A DNA stretch of 34,214 nt from Methanobacteriota archaeon (GCA_028679495.1 JAJRBK010000018.1:1-34214); one strand, 5' to 3'. Shown: positions 8,272 to 16,031, numbered from the stretch's first letter. Numbers and translations: made by a program. The notes: a model not told the origin generated them from the sequence alone.

Positions 8272-9105
8272 ATGATCTTTCCAGATCACTGCCGACTCGT
8301 CGGTGTTAGAGAGAGTGTAGACAGCGCCTTAGCGCCCGAGATCGGCGAACAGATCTATTTTTCATCGCGCTACCTAGTAGTCTTTCAACGAGGGGAGGCG
8401 GCGGTGTATGAAATCAAATCCAAGGGGCGGGGGCTCTTAAGAACGATTACAAGCGTTAGTGAAATCGCAGGCTTTGACAAAACAATGGTACACAAGCGCA
8501 AGGTCGATATTTTTAACAGAGGCAAGCTCATCCAAAAAGCGCATCGATTATGTAAAGGTTCTGTAAAAGCAGTTGTTTTCCAGGGCTTTGACCTTCATTG
8601 GACGTTTATCTACGAACCAGATCTAAGCAGCGTCATTAAAATAGAGGTCTTCGACGTAATCCCCCCCGAGCCAGCATATCTTATTGGCCTTATAGAAAAG
8701 CTTGACAATGCTGGCGTTTTTGGAGACTTGTGTATATCGTTCAAGCCTATCGTTCACGACCTGCGCAGCTTGCGCAATGCAACAATTTACCCGTGCTCCG
8801 CGTCTGACCTCGGATCAAACCACCTTAACGAACGTGATGTAAACGTTGAGCAGGAGAACGTTTTGCTCGGATGCGACATCTCGAGACAAGTTTTTGAGGA
8901 GCGGTTTGAGGGAGTGCAATTTGACCATGTTGACATGTGTCCGACAAAATCAGTGCAGCCTCACGAGCCTTTCATCATAAAATGCTGCAAATCTGCCAGA
9001 GTTGGACCCACGGAGCTTTGCGGACAGAAAGGCTATATCGTTCACTGGGGAGCAAATGCTTTCGAGATCGTCACTGCGGTGAGGGCTCTTATTGAATCGT
9101 TATAA
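8272..9105 (+). CDS. uncharacterised Cys-rich protein, 277 aa
   Basis: The ATG starts 1 nt after the dehydrogenase stop (TAGTATG). It is a long open frame with no competing ORF. No motif I recognise. Cys cluster in the C-terminal third (YPCS, LGCD, MCPT, KCCK, ELCG). Confidence 0.6.
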   Translation: MIFPDHCRLVGVRESVDSALAPEIGEQIYFSSRYLVVFQRGEAAVYEIKSKGRGLLRTITSVSEIAGFDKTMVHKRKVDIFNRGKLIQKAHRLCKGSVKAVVFQGFDLHWTFIYEPDLSSVIKIEVFDVIPPEPAYLIGLIEKLDNAGVFGDLCISFKPIVHDLRSLRNATIYPCSASDLGSNHLNERDVNVEQENVLLGCDISRQVFEERFEGVQFDHVDMCPTKSVQPHEPFIIKCCKSARVGPTELCGQKGYIVHWGANAFEIVTAVRALIESL

Positions 9106-9144
9106 TTGCTTTAAAATTCGTTAGCCAAAGCTGGCAAAGAACCA

Positions 9145-9246
9145 TGCGGAGGGAGGGATTCGAACCCACGAATGCCTTCGCAACAGGATGTCTTAAACTG
9201 TAGTCCCTTAAGTCCTGCGCCTTTGACCTGGCTTGGCTACCTCCGC
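9145..9246 (-). tRNA. tRNA-Leu (anticodon UAA), class II, with a ~17-nt intron after position 37 (about 9190-9206)
   Basis: Minus strand reads GCGGAGG TA GCCAAGCCAGGTCAAAGGC G CAGGA CTTAAG [GGACTACAGTTTAAGAC] A TCCTG, then variable arm TTGCGAAGGCATTC, T-arm GTGGGTTCGAATCCCTC, CCTCCGC and A. The intron TTTAAG can pair with the anticodon-loop CTTAA (BHB-type). One T-T mismatch in the T stem. Confidence 0.8.
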
Positions 9247-9270
9247 TTCACCTTTAAATAACACGCGATG

Positions 9271-9278
9271 TTATAAAA
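9271..9278 (-). promoter_or_regulatory. TATA box (TTTTATAA on minus strand) for tRNA-Leu(UAA)
   Basis: Centre lies ~27 nt upstream of the mature 5' end at 9246. Confidence 0.5.
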
Positions 9279-9391
9279 GCTGTTTTATGCAGGCCCCTCA
9301 GTATGCTCACAATTGACGCATCCGATTCGATATCAAAACACCCTGCCTAACCGGAGCGTCCCAAACGACAAAACACCGCTCGAACAGATTA

Positions 9392-9415
9392 TTAAACGTT
9401 CGCTTAAACGTTCGC
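9392..9415. repeat. perfect tandem duplication of the 12-nt unit TTAAACGTTCGC
   Basis: Read directly at 9392-9403 and 9404-9415. Confidence 0.9.
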
Positions 9416-9592
9416 TCGTACAGTCATACAGCTCGCGCAGCGCGTCTCGCCACAACTGTTGATTCCATTTCCTATACGGGCTTCGTTCCATAGTATAACA
9501 AAACGGTTACGAGCTACTTAAGTCTTACACCTTTTAGAACAGACGCTTAAAAGAACGATGGCATGAAAAACCCAACTTAGCAAACAAAAAGA

Positions 9593-9686
9593 TGCTCCGG
9601 TCGGGATTTGAACCCGAGTCGTTGGCTCACTTCGCTTAACAAAGCTCGAAAGGCCAACATGATTGGCCGTGCTACACTACCGGAGC
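9593..9686 (-). tRNA. tRNA-Glu (anticodon UUC) with a ~19-nt intron at 37/38 (about 9628-9646)
   Basis: Minus strand reads GCTCCGG TA GTGTAGCACGGCCAATCAT G TTGGC CTTTCG [AGCTTTGTTAAGCGAAGTG] A GCCAA CGAC TCGGGTTCAAATCCCGA CCGGAGC A. The intron CGAAG can pair with the anticodon-loop UUUCG. Mature length is 75 nt. Confidence 0.8.
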
Positions 9687-9702
9687 AATACTTATCAGGA
9701 CA

Positions 9703-9755
9703 AAGCTCATCACACGCTCTTTTTCCTCAACACGCTCGCTGGATACGATGAGCTT
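9703..9755. repeat. 9-bp inverted repeat AAGCTCATC-N35-GATGAGCTT enclosing an 8-nt direct repeat ACACGCTC (9712-9719 and 9730-9737), in the leader region upstream of tRNA-Glu
   Basis: Read directly from the sequence. Confidence 0.7.
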
Positions 9756-9946
9756 CATAAATATATGTGTTTCTGACACGGCAGGTATTATTTTGTATTA
9801 TATATTATCGTATAATCTGAGGTTATCGAGGTCGCTAGGTGGATGCTGTATACATTGCTACTGAGCAAGTCCGCGATTCTCAAATTTGATGCAACGAGCT
9901 CTCATGAAAACGGTCTTAAGCTAGCACGTTTATCAGGTATCGACCG

Positions 9947-9955
9947 TTTTAGATA
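9947..9955 (+). promoter_or_regulatory. TATA-like TTTTAGATA for the dTDP-glucose dehydratase gene (leaderless)
   Basis: Centre lies ~27 nt upstream of the ATG at 9978. Confidence 0.4.
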
Positions 9956-9977
9956 CGCCAAAGCTCGGTAAAGACCC

Positions 9978-10931
9978 ATGAGATTGTTGATCACTGGCGG
10001 TGCCGGCTTCATTGGAAGCAATTTTGTTCGCTATGTTTTGAGTGAATACCCATCAGCAGAGATTATCGTACTTGATAAGCTGACGTACGCAGGCAACGTT
10101 AATAACTTGAAAGGTGTCACAGCAGATATCGAATTTATTAAAGGCGATATTTGTGAAAAACGGGTTGTAGACCGATCGGTGCGCGACTGTGAAAGTGTTA
10201 TCAACTTTGCCGCCGAAACGCACGTCGACCGGTCAATTGTTGACGCGCAGGCATTCGTTCAGACAGATATTGGAGGGACCCAAGTCCTCCTTGAGGCTGT
10301 AAAAGAGCATCAAGTTAAACAGTACATCCAAGTATCCACGGACGAAGTGTACGGGAGCATCAAAGAGGGCTCCTTTAAAGAGACAGATCCTTTAAATCCA
10401 TCTAGCCCCTATGCCGCAAGCAAAGCAGGCGCAGATTTACTCGTATTATCTTATGTGAAGACGTACGGTCTTCCTTGCGCTATCACCCGAAGCTCCAATA
10501 ACTACGGACCCTATCAGCATCCAGAGAAGCTCATACCTCACTTTGTGACGAGCGCGATTAGAAACCGTCCGCTCACCATTTATGGTCGCGGCAATAACGT
10601 GCGTGATTGGGTTCATGTTCGTGATAACTGTAACGCTATTGATCTCATTCGCCGGAAAGGCAAGAACGGGGAGATATACAACATCGGTGCAGGAAACGAA
10701 AGAAGCAACTTAGAGATCACGAAGGCAATACTGCAGCTACTTGGGAAGCCATCTACTCTGATGAGGTTTACAGTTGACCGACCCGGCCACGATTATAGGT
10801 ACTCGGTAAATTGCTCGAAGATTCAGGCTTTAGGCTGGAGACCAGAGATAGCATTCGACGAGGGCTTAGAGCAGACAATTCATTGGTACAAGGATAACGA
10901 GTGGTGGTGGACACCGCTGGTAAGCCAATAA
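9978..10931 (+). CDS. rfbB: dTDP-glucose 4,6-dehydratase (extended SDR)
   Basis: MRLLITGGAGFIGSNFV Rossmann motif, STDEVYG, catalytic YAASKAGAD (YxxxK), and the conserved C-terminal DRPGHDYRY block. Confidence 0.9.
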   Translation: MRLLITGGAGFIGSNFVRYVLSEYPSAEIIVLDKLTYAGNVNNLKGVTADIEFIKGDICEKRVVDRSVRDCESVINFAAETHVDRSIVDAQAFVQTDIGGTQVLLEAVKEHQVKQYIQVSTDEVYGSIKEGSFKETDPLNPSSPYAASKAGADLLVLSYVKTYGLPCAITRSSNNYGPYQHPEKLIPHFVTSAIRNRPLTIYGRGNNVRDWVHVRDNCNAIDLIRRKGKNGEIYNIGAGNERSNLEITKAILQLLGKPSTLMRFTVDRPGHDYRYSVNCSKIQALGWRPEIAFDEGLEQTIHWYKDNEWWWTPLVSQ

Positions 10932-10965
10932 TTAATGCAGAAGTGACGAACGATAGAGAAGAGCT

Positions 10966-11646
10966 TCAAAGAGCTGCAATGTACTCTATCATAGATTGAA
11001 ATATGGCTCTTCCGTCAGTTGAACCTAAAAGCCGGTCAGAAGCCCTTTCGGGATGCGGCATCATAGCAAGTACGTTTTTATCCAAATTCGCGATTCCTGC
11101 AATGTTATCGATCGAACCGTTCGGGTTAGCAGCCAATGTCGTGCTTCCAGCAGCGTCGACATACTTGAACACAATTTGCTCATTTTCATAGAGCTCCTGA
11201 AGTTGCTCAGGTGGCGCTACATACCGACCTTCTTTATGTGCTATTGGTATATCGATAAGCTCTTGCACATGTTTTACGAAGAGACACGTGCTGATTTTTC
11301 TTAGTCTCACCCATTTACAGACAAATTTGGGGTACTCGTTTAAGGTAAAGGTGCCAGGCACAAGCTGTGATTCTGAAAGAATTTGCGCCCCATTACATAT
11401 GCCCAAGACCGGTTTGCCGTCAGATGCCATCTCTCGTACAGACTGCATGATCTCTGTTCTAGCCGCTATTGCTCCCGCTCTCAAGTAGTCACCGTACGAA
11501 AAACCGCCTGGGATGACGACGCCGTCGAAATCTCCGAGGGTTTCCTTATACCAGACGAGCTGCGGCGTTACCCCTAAGGTATTCAAAGCCTTATACACGT
11601 CTAAATCACAATTGCTGCCGCCAAACTGAATAATAGCTATTTTCAT
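10966..11646 (-). CDS. purQ: phosphoribosylformylglycinamidine synthase, glutamine amidotransferase subunit
   Basis: MKIAIIQFGGSNCD, PGGFSYGDYLR, LGICNGAQIL (nucleophile Cys) and MPHPER motifs. 226 aa. Confidence 0.9.
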   Translation of the reverse strand: MKIAIIQFGGSNCDLDVYKALNTLGVTPQLVWYKETLGDFDGVVIPGGFSYGDYLRAGAIAARTEIMQSVREMASDGKPVLGICNGAQILSESQLVPGTFTLNEYPKFVCKWVRLRKISTCLFVKHVQELIDIPIAHKEGRYVAPPEQLQELYENEQIVFKYVDAAGSTTLAANPNGSIDNIAGIANLDKNVLAMMPHPERASDRLLGSTDGRAIFQSMIEYIAAL

Positions 11647-11907
11647 TCAGCTTCCTGCTTTGCCGTTTATCAGCTTAATCTCATAGTCGTGTATGATAGG
11701 ATTCGCTAGCAGTTGCTGACTCATTTTTGTTGCAAGATCGATAGCGTTATCAGAGGAGTCCGCCCGAAACTCAAGCTCATAAACGGCTGCTTGCTTGATT
11801 GAATGGCAATCATATCCAAGGTGCTGAAGAGCTTTGCGTATGGTTGTCGCTTCTGGATCTAATATTCCACTTTTCAGCCTTACCGTGACCTCGGCCCTAA
11901 AAAGCAT
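11647..11907 (-). CDS. purS: phosphoribosylformylglycinamidine synthase subunit PurS
   Basis: 86 aa. VTVRLKSGILDPEATTIRKALQHLGY is the typical PurS signature. It abuts the purQ start (TGA/ATG adjacent). Confidence 0.85.
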   Translation of the reverse strand: MLFRAEVTVRLKSGILDPEATTIRKALQHLGYDCHSIKQAAVYELEFRADSSDNAIDLATKMSQQLLANPIIHDYEIKLINGKAGS

Positions 11908-12049
11908 AGCAACTAATGCTTTATCATGTTAGTTAAAAGTTGGTATCACTGCAGGCGACGTCTCAGCAAATACCTTCGAGCTCACAAAAAAGAAGAGGAT
12001 GCGCGACAACCTATCGAACACATAAACTTGGAGCTTGTATGGAGTACGC

Positions 12050-13189
12050 GTGAAGATACTACAAGCGTCTTCTTACTTTTACCCGCATATCGGTGGGGTT
12101 GAGACCCACGTACTTGAGCTTTCACAAAACTTGCTGGACATGGGGCACGATGTTCTTGTTGTGTGTGCTCAAGCTCCGAAGTCACCGCCCTTTCAAGCCT
12201 TAGATGGCTTGTCCGTTTTTAGGCTTCCGGCCCTCGATCTTCCGTACATTCCTTACACGTGGTTTCTCCGTCGGCGTCTTTCTCCGTTTAAGGCGGACGT
12301 GATACACTCACATTACCCACCCCCCTTCATGTCTTACGGAGCGATAAAAGGCCTCCCACAGCTTCCTCACGTGCTTACATATCACTGTGACCTTGAGCTG
12401 CCTGACAAGATCGCGTCCTTAAAGATTCCAAACATAGCAAAAAAGGGCATTAAGCACATCAATATGAAACTGTACCTATCCAGCATCATGAACAGCGTAC
12501 AACGGATAATTGCGACGGCTGAATCATACGCTAGGACTTCACAAGTGCTGCGCGATTATCCTTACACAGTCATACCAAACGGTATTGGGCTCGAAGCGTT
12601 CGACAACTCAGCGAGCGAAGTATGTGGAGAACGAGAAACAAAAAAAGTGCTATTCGTTGGGCGGCTAAGCGCTGTCAAAGGAATTGACTACCTTATCGAA
12701 GCAGCTAAGCTCGTGTTAGCTCAGCAGCATGATGCCACGTTTGTGATTGTTGGAAGAGGGGAAGATGAAGAACGACTCAAAGCTCTTGCTAAAGGCCTAG
12801 GTGACCGAATTAAATTTTGTGGTCATATCTCGCGGCAGGCTCTTCTTCGACTTTATCGTACGTCGACTGTTCTCGTGCTTCCTTCGTTTACTCGACTCGA
12901 AGCTTTCGGCGTCGTCTTGCTTGAGGCGATGGCCTCTGAAACGCCGGTGATTGCTTCAAGGATTCCGGGCGTGTTAGACGTCGTGGGTGACGGCGGGATG
13001 CTGGTGCAACCTCGAGATCCGCTTCAGCTTGCAAGCGCTATTCTGGAAGTGCTTGATGATCCAAAAACAGCGAGAGCTATGGGAAGAGATGGTCGGCGGC
13101 GAGTCGAACGACACTACGATTGGAAGATCGTCTCGCGAGAGATCGTTAACGTTTATAAAGCCGCTATTGATGCGCCCACCGTGTCTTAA
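12050..13189 (+). CDS. GT4-family (GT-B) glycosyltransferase
   Basis: N-terminal (V)KILQASSYFYPHIGGVETHV. C-terminal EAFGVVLLEAMASETPVIAS (E-x7-E type). GTG 12050 with GGAG 5 nt upstream is preferred over the track's TTG 12035. Confidence 0.8.
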   Translation: MKILQASSYFYPHIGGVETHVLELSQNLLDMGHDVLVVCAQAPKSPPFQALDGLSVFRLPALDLPYIPYTWFLRRRLSPFKADVIHSHYPPPFMSYGAIKGLPQLPHVLTYHCDLELPDKIASLKIPNIAKKGIKHINMKLYLSSIMNSVQRIIATAESYARTSQVLRDYPYTVIPNGIGLEAFDNSASEVCGERETKKVLFVGRLSAVKGIDYLIEAAKLVLAQQHDATFVIVGRGEDEERLKALAKGLGDRIKFCGHISRQALLRLYRTSTVLVLPSFTRLEAFGVVLLEAMASETPVIASRIPGVLDVVGDGGMLVQPRDPLQLASAILEVLDDPKTARAMGRDGRRRVERHYDWKIVSREIVNVYKAAIDAPTVS

Positions 13190-13242
13190 CTGAACACCTC
13201 AAGAACGAGGATTTAATATAAGTGAGTGAAATTCTCATTTAA

Positions 13243-14217
13243 ATGAAGGTTTGTGCGGTAGTTCCAGTTGCACCATTCGAACCAGTCGCTCTAATAGCAA
13301 GATCGATCGAAAGCTTAGCTGCGCTTGATTGCACTGATATCGATTTTGAAGCCTATTATATTGTGGACAGCGACGGCACGGATTACAGCTCGCTGAACAG
13401 ACTCTTCCCCCCTCACTTTCGCATGGTGATACGATTAGAGAATAGAGGTCGGCGAGCAGGCGCTATCAATGATGCCCTAAGCATACTGGAAGATGCTGAT
13501 TTGATTGCGTTATTTGATGTTGATAGCAGGCCTGATGAAGACTTCATCATCAAGTGTGTTCGTGCTTTACGTGAAGACGGTGCAGTTCTTGCGAGCGGAT
13601 GTCGATATATTACAAACAAAGTGAACACGCTGAGCAAGATTATTGCAGTAGAATACGACTTCTTTTGTGACATCTATCGCTTGTTTAACTGGTCAAAGGG
13701 ATTTATGCAATTCAATGGGGCAATAGGCCTTTCAAAAGCAGATCTTCTAAGCAAAACGACTTTCGATGAGCGATCTTCCTGCGAGGACCTAGACATGAGC
13801 CAGCGGATTTACTTATCAGGTAACCACGTAACACTGGCAAAAACACGGGTGGGGGAGCAAGCACCCACCCGTGTGCATGACTTATACAAACAGAGAGTTC
13901 GATGGTTTCGAGGGGCTTTAGAAGGGATTCGAAAGTACTTCAGACCTATATGGGGTGCACACATGTCCTTCTTGAAGAAGGGCACGTGGTTGGGCTCGGT
14001 GACAGTCCCCTTTTTTTCCTATCTGCTGATCCCTTTTATCCCACTCTACCTGAAGAGTATAAGAGAGGAAAGCGCGAACCTGAAAGAAGTCGTGAAGATT
14101 ATATTCGGCTTACTTGGATATACATGCTTGATGACCGTATGCGGAGCTGTAGCACTGGGGCAGCACCTTACAGCACGCAACTGCGAGTGGGGAGCGGTCG
14201 TCAGATCTGAAATCTGA
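13243..14217 (+). CDS. GT2-family glycosyltransferase with a Q-R-x-R-W motif and C-terminal transmembrane segments (synthase-like)
   Basis: YIVDSDGTD, GRRAGAINDAL, DVDSRPDEDF (DxD) and KQRVRWFRG motifs. Hydrophobic C-terminal third. Confidence 0.75.
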   Translation: MKVCAVVPVAPFEPVALIARSIESLAALDCTDIDFEAYYIVDSDGTDYSSLNRLFPPHFRMVIRLENRGRRAGAINDALSILEDADLIALFDVDSRPDEDFIIKCVRALREDGAVLASGCRYITNKVNTLSKIIAVEYDFFCDIYRLFNWSKGFMQFNGAIGLSKADLLSKTTFDERSSCEDLDMSQRIYLSGNHVTLAKTRVGEQAPTRVHDLYKQRVRWFRGALEGIRKYFRPIWGAHMSFLKKGTWLGSVTVPFFSYLLIPFIPLYLKSIREESANLKEVVKIIFGLLGYTCLMTVCGAVALGQHLTARNCEWGAVVRSEI

Positions 14218-14235
14218 TAGGGATCGAGGTTCAAA

Positions 14236-15276
14236 ATGAAAAGCTTGCGAAAGTGGCTCGCAATTTCACTGATCTTTAGCATCGTCTCCATACTCATATT
14301 GCTTGCGTACACGATTACGCCTGGCCAGCTGAGCAGTTTGATACAGATTCATCCCGCGTTTTTGGCAGGTGCGCTGATCTTTCAGTTTTGCTCCTGGCTT
14401 GTATGGGGAGCACGCATGAAGGTGATGGCAGAGGCTATTGGAGGAAGAGTTCCGTTTAGAAGATCTGTCGAAATTGTCTTGTCAAACCTATTTGCTGCAT
14501 CGATAACGCCCGGACACGCAGGTGGCGAGGTGACGAGGATACAGCTTCTTCGGGAGTTTGACTTGTCTGCTGGAGATGCATCAGCGGTAGTCCTTGGCGA
14601 GAGGATGCTTGACGCACTTTTTCTGGGCATCGCTGCACCTGTCGGATTCCTCTTACTTGTTCAATACGTGCAACTCAGCCCAGGATATATAACCCTTTTT
14701 GGCATCGCCGCTGTGATGTTCGGCTTGCTCTTTTTTATCCTGCTGTATGTCATGGCAAAGCCGAAAAAGGTAAAATCAGTCGTCCGGAGGGCCCGATGGC
14801 TATTCGTCAAAGTGAGGGGCCCTGAAAAAGCTGAGCGTTCGTTGCAAAAAGCGCTGCAAGAAATTGACGTTTTTCACAATAGCTCGAAGGTATACTTGAG
14901 AGAAGAGAAACGAGCTTTGGCTCGAGGGTTCTTTTTTACTGTACTCTTTTGGCTTCTCCAGTTTTCCATAGCTTCTTTAATTCTTGTCGGTCTTGGATCT
15001 CAACCGTGGATCTTGGCATCGTTTTCTGCTCAACCCTTCCTCATGATGATTGCTATGATCCCCCTTACCCCAGGCAACAGCGGCATAGCCGAGGTAGTCA
15101 CGGCAACGATCTATTCAGGGTTCGTGGATACATCAATACTCGGCATCTTCATTTTGGCGTGGCGAATGGTCACCTATTACTTAAACATCGCTGTTGGCGG
15201 TGTAGTAAGCATTAGAATCCTACAAGATAGGGCTACCGTCGACACAGCGGTTGAAAGAACCGTTAGAGAGGTGTAA
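14236..15276 (+). CDS. polytopic membrane protein, flippase-like / lysylphosphatidylglycerol-synthase TM-region family (UPF0104-like)
   Basis: About 8 hydrophobic segments. SITPGHAGGE and LTPGNSGIAE repeats are typical of this family. It sits immediately downstream of the GT2 gene. Confidence 0.6.
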   Translation: MKSLRKWLAISLIFSIVSILILLAYTITPGQLSSLIQIHPAFLAGALIFQFCSWLVWGARMKVMAEAIGGRVPFRRSVEIVLSNLFAASITPGHAGGEVTRIQLLREFDLSAGDASAVVLGERMLDALFLGIAAPVGFLLLVQYVQLSPGYITLFGIAAVMFGLLFFILLYVMAKPKKVKSVVRRARWLFVKVRGPEKAERSLQKALQEIDVFHNSSKVYLREEKRALARGFFFTVLFWLLQFSIASLILVGLGSQPWILASFSAQPFLMMIAMIPLTPGNSGIAEVVTATIYSGFVDTSILGIFILAWRMVTYYLNIAVGGVVSIRILQDRATVDTAVERTVREV

Positions 15277-15302
15277 AAATAAGTCCGCAGCGTCGAGAAC
15301 GT

Positions 15303-15971
15303 TTAAGTGCGCCCCTTAACCCGCCATTTTATAAGTAACCCATCGTCCATCCGACATAGCTCTTTTAAATCAAGCGTTATGAAGTCAGCGGTGAACCCGA
15401 CACCGTCGACTAGCGTCGGAGCTGTATGACCTCCGATCACTATGTTTCCTACATAGGTGTAGATCTCATCAACCAGTCCTAAATCGAGCAGAGCGAAGTT
15501 AAGCCTAGCGCCTCCCTCTACCATAAGTGAGTCAACACCTCTTTGTTTGAGATGTGAGAGAAGCGCCACGAGATCGACCACGTGTTCTCCTGCCACGAAT
15601 ACTTCGGCCTTTTCAGAAAGTGCCTTCACCGCGTGTTGTGGCGCTTTTTGTGACACCGCGATGAGTGTGTGCGCTCCGAGCACCGACGCGCTAAGAGGCG
15701 TCCTCGCACTGCTATCGACCACGATCCGCAAAGGATCAGAGGGCTTGCCTTGTCTTGTTCGCATCGCTTTAAGCGCGTCAGATTTTATGGTAAGCTTTGG
15801 GTCGTCAGCTATGACTGTCCCTATCCCTACCATAACAGCGTCTGAATGGGCTCGCAAGGTGTCGACGCGTTTGAGATCGTTCGGACCTGATATTCTTACT
15901 TGTTTTCTCAACGTCGTTGAGATCTTGCCGTCAGCACTCATAGCTGAGTTAATTATGACAAATGGCCTCAT
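15303..15971 (-). CDS. 2,5-diamino-6-ribosylamino-4(3H)-pyrimidinone 5'-phosphate reductase (archaeal RibD C-terminal-domain type)
   Basis: MRPFVIINSAMSADGKIST...LRAHSDAVMVGIGTVIADDPKLT...MVEGGARLN is the RibD_C / MJ0671-like pattern. 222 aa. Confidence 0.8.
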   Translation of the reverse strand: MRPFVIINSAMSADGKISTTLRKQVRISGPNDLKRVDTLRAHSDAVMVGIGTVIADDPKLTIKSDALKAMRTRQGKPSDPLRIVVDSSARTPLSASVLGAHTLIAVSQKAPQHAVKALSEKAEVFVAGEHVVDLVALLSHLKQRGVDSLMVEGGARLNFALLDLGLVDEIYTYVGNIVIGGHTAPTLVDGVGFTADFITLDLKELCRMDDGLLIKWRVKGRT

Positions 15972-16031
15972 TGCTGCGCCTCAATTGGTTAATGTATATT
16001 AATAGGTGATTCATATCAAATAGCTAACTAC

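Noticed and set aside
9145-9246. Possibility that tRNA-Leu(UAA) is a pseudogene because of a T-T mismatch in the T stem (GTGGG/CCCTC).
   Set aside because: All other stems, the class II variable arm, the intron-anticodon pairing and a well-placed TATA box are intact. A single mismatch is tolerable, but a covariance score should confirm.
9392-9415. Tandem 12-nt repeat considered as a CRISPR or minisatellite seed.
   Set aside because: It has only two directly abutting copies with no spacers, so it is not CRISPR-like. It is most simply a slippage duplication.
9333-9491. A 52-aa minus-strand ORF (MERSPYRKWNQQLWRDALRELYDCTSERLSERL...) in the long tRNA spacer. The 12-nt tandem repeat would encode SERLSERL.
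   Set aside because: No convincing TATA or SD at the right distance, no recognisable motif, and a length easily reached by chance. It stays only as a possibility inside the non-coding-region finding.
9695-9713. C/D-box-like elements on the minus strand just upstream of tRNA-Glu: GUGAUGA (9713-9707), an 8-nt spacer, then CUGA (9698-9695).
   Set aside because: The spacer is too short for a ~12-nt guide. There is no C'/D' pair and no terminal stem to form the kink-turn. It is probably a chance match.
9247-9977. Possible replication origin, given the long intergenic region with an AT-rich block and repeats.
   Set aside because: I found no ORB/mini-ORB-like dyads (no repeated TCCA-N-TGGA type boxes) and there is no adjacent orc1/cdc6 gene. 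The AT-rich block is short and is explained equally well by promoters.
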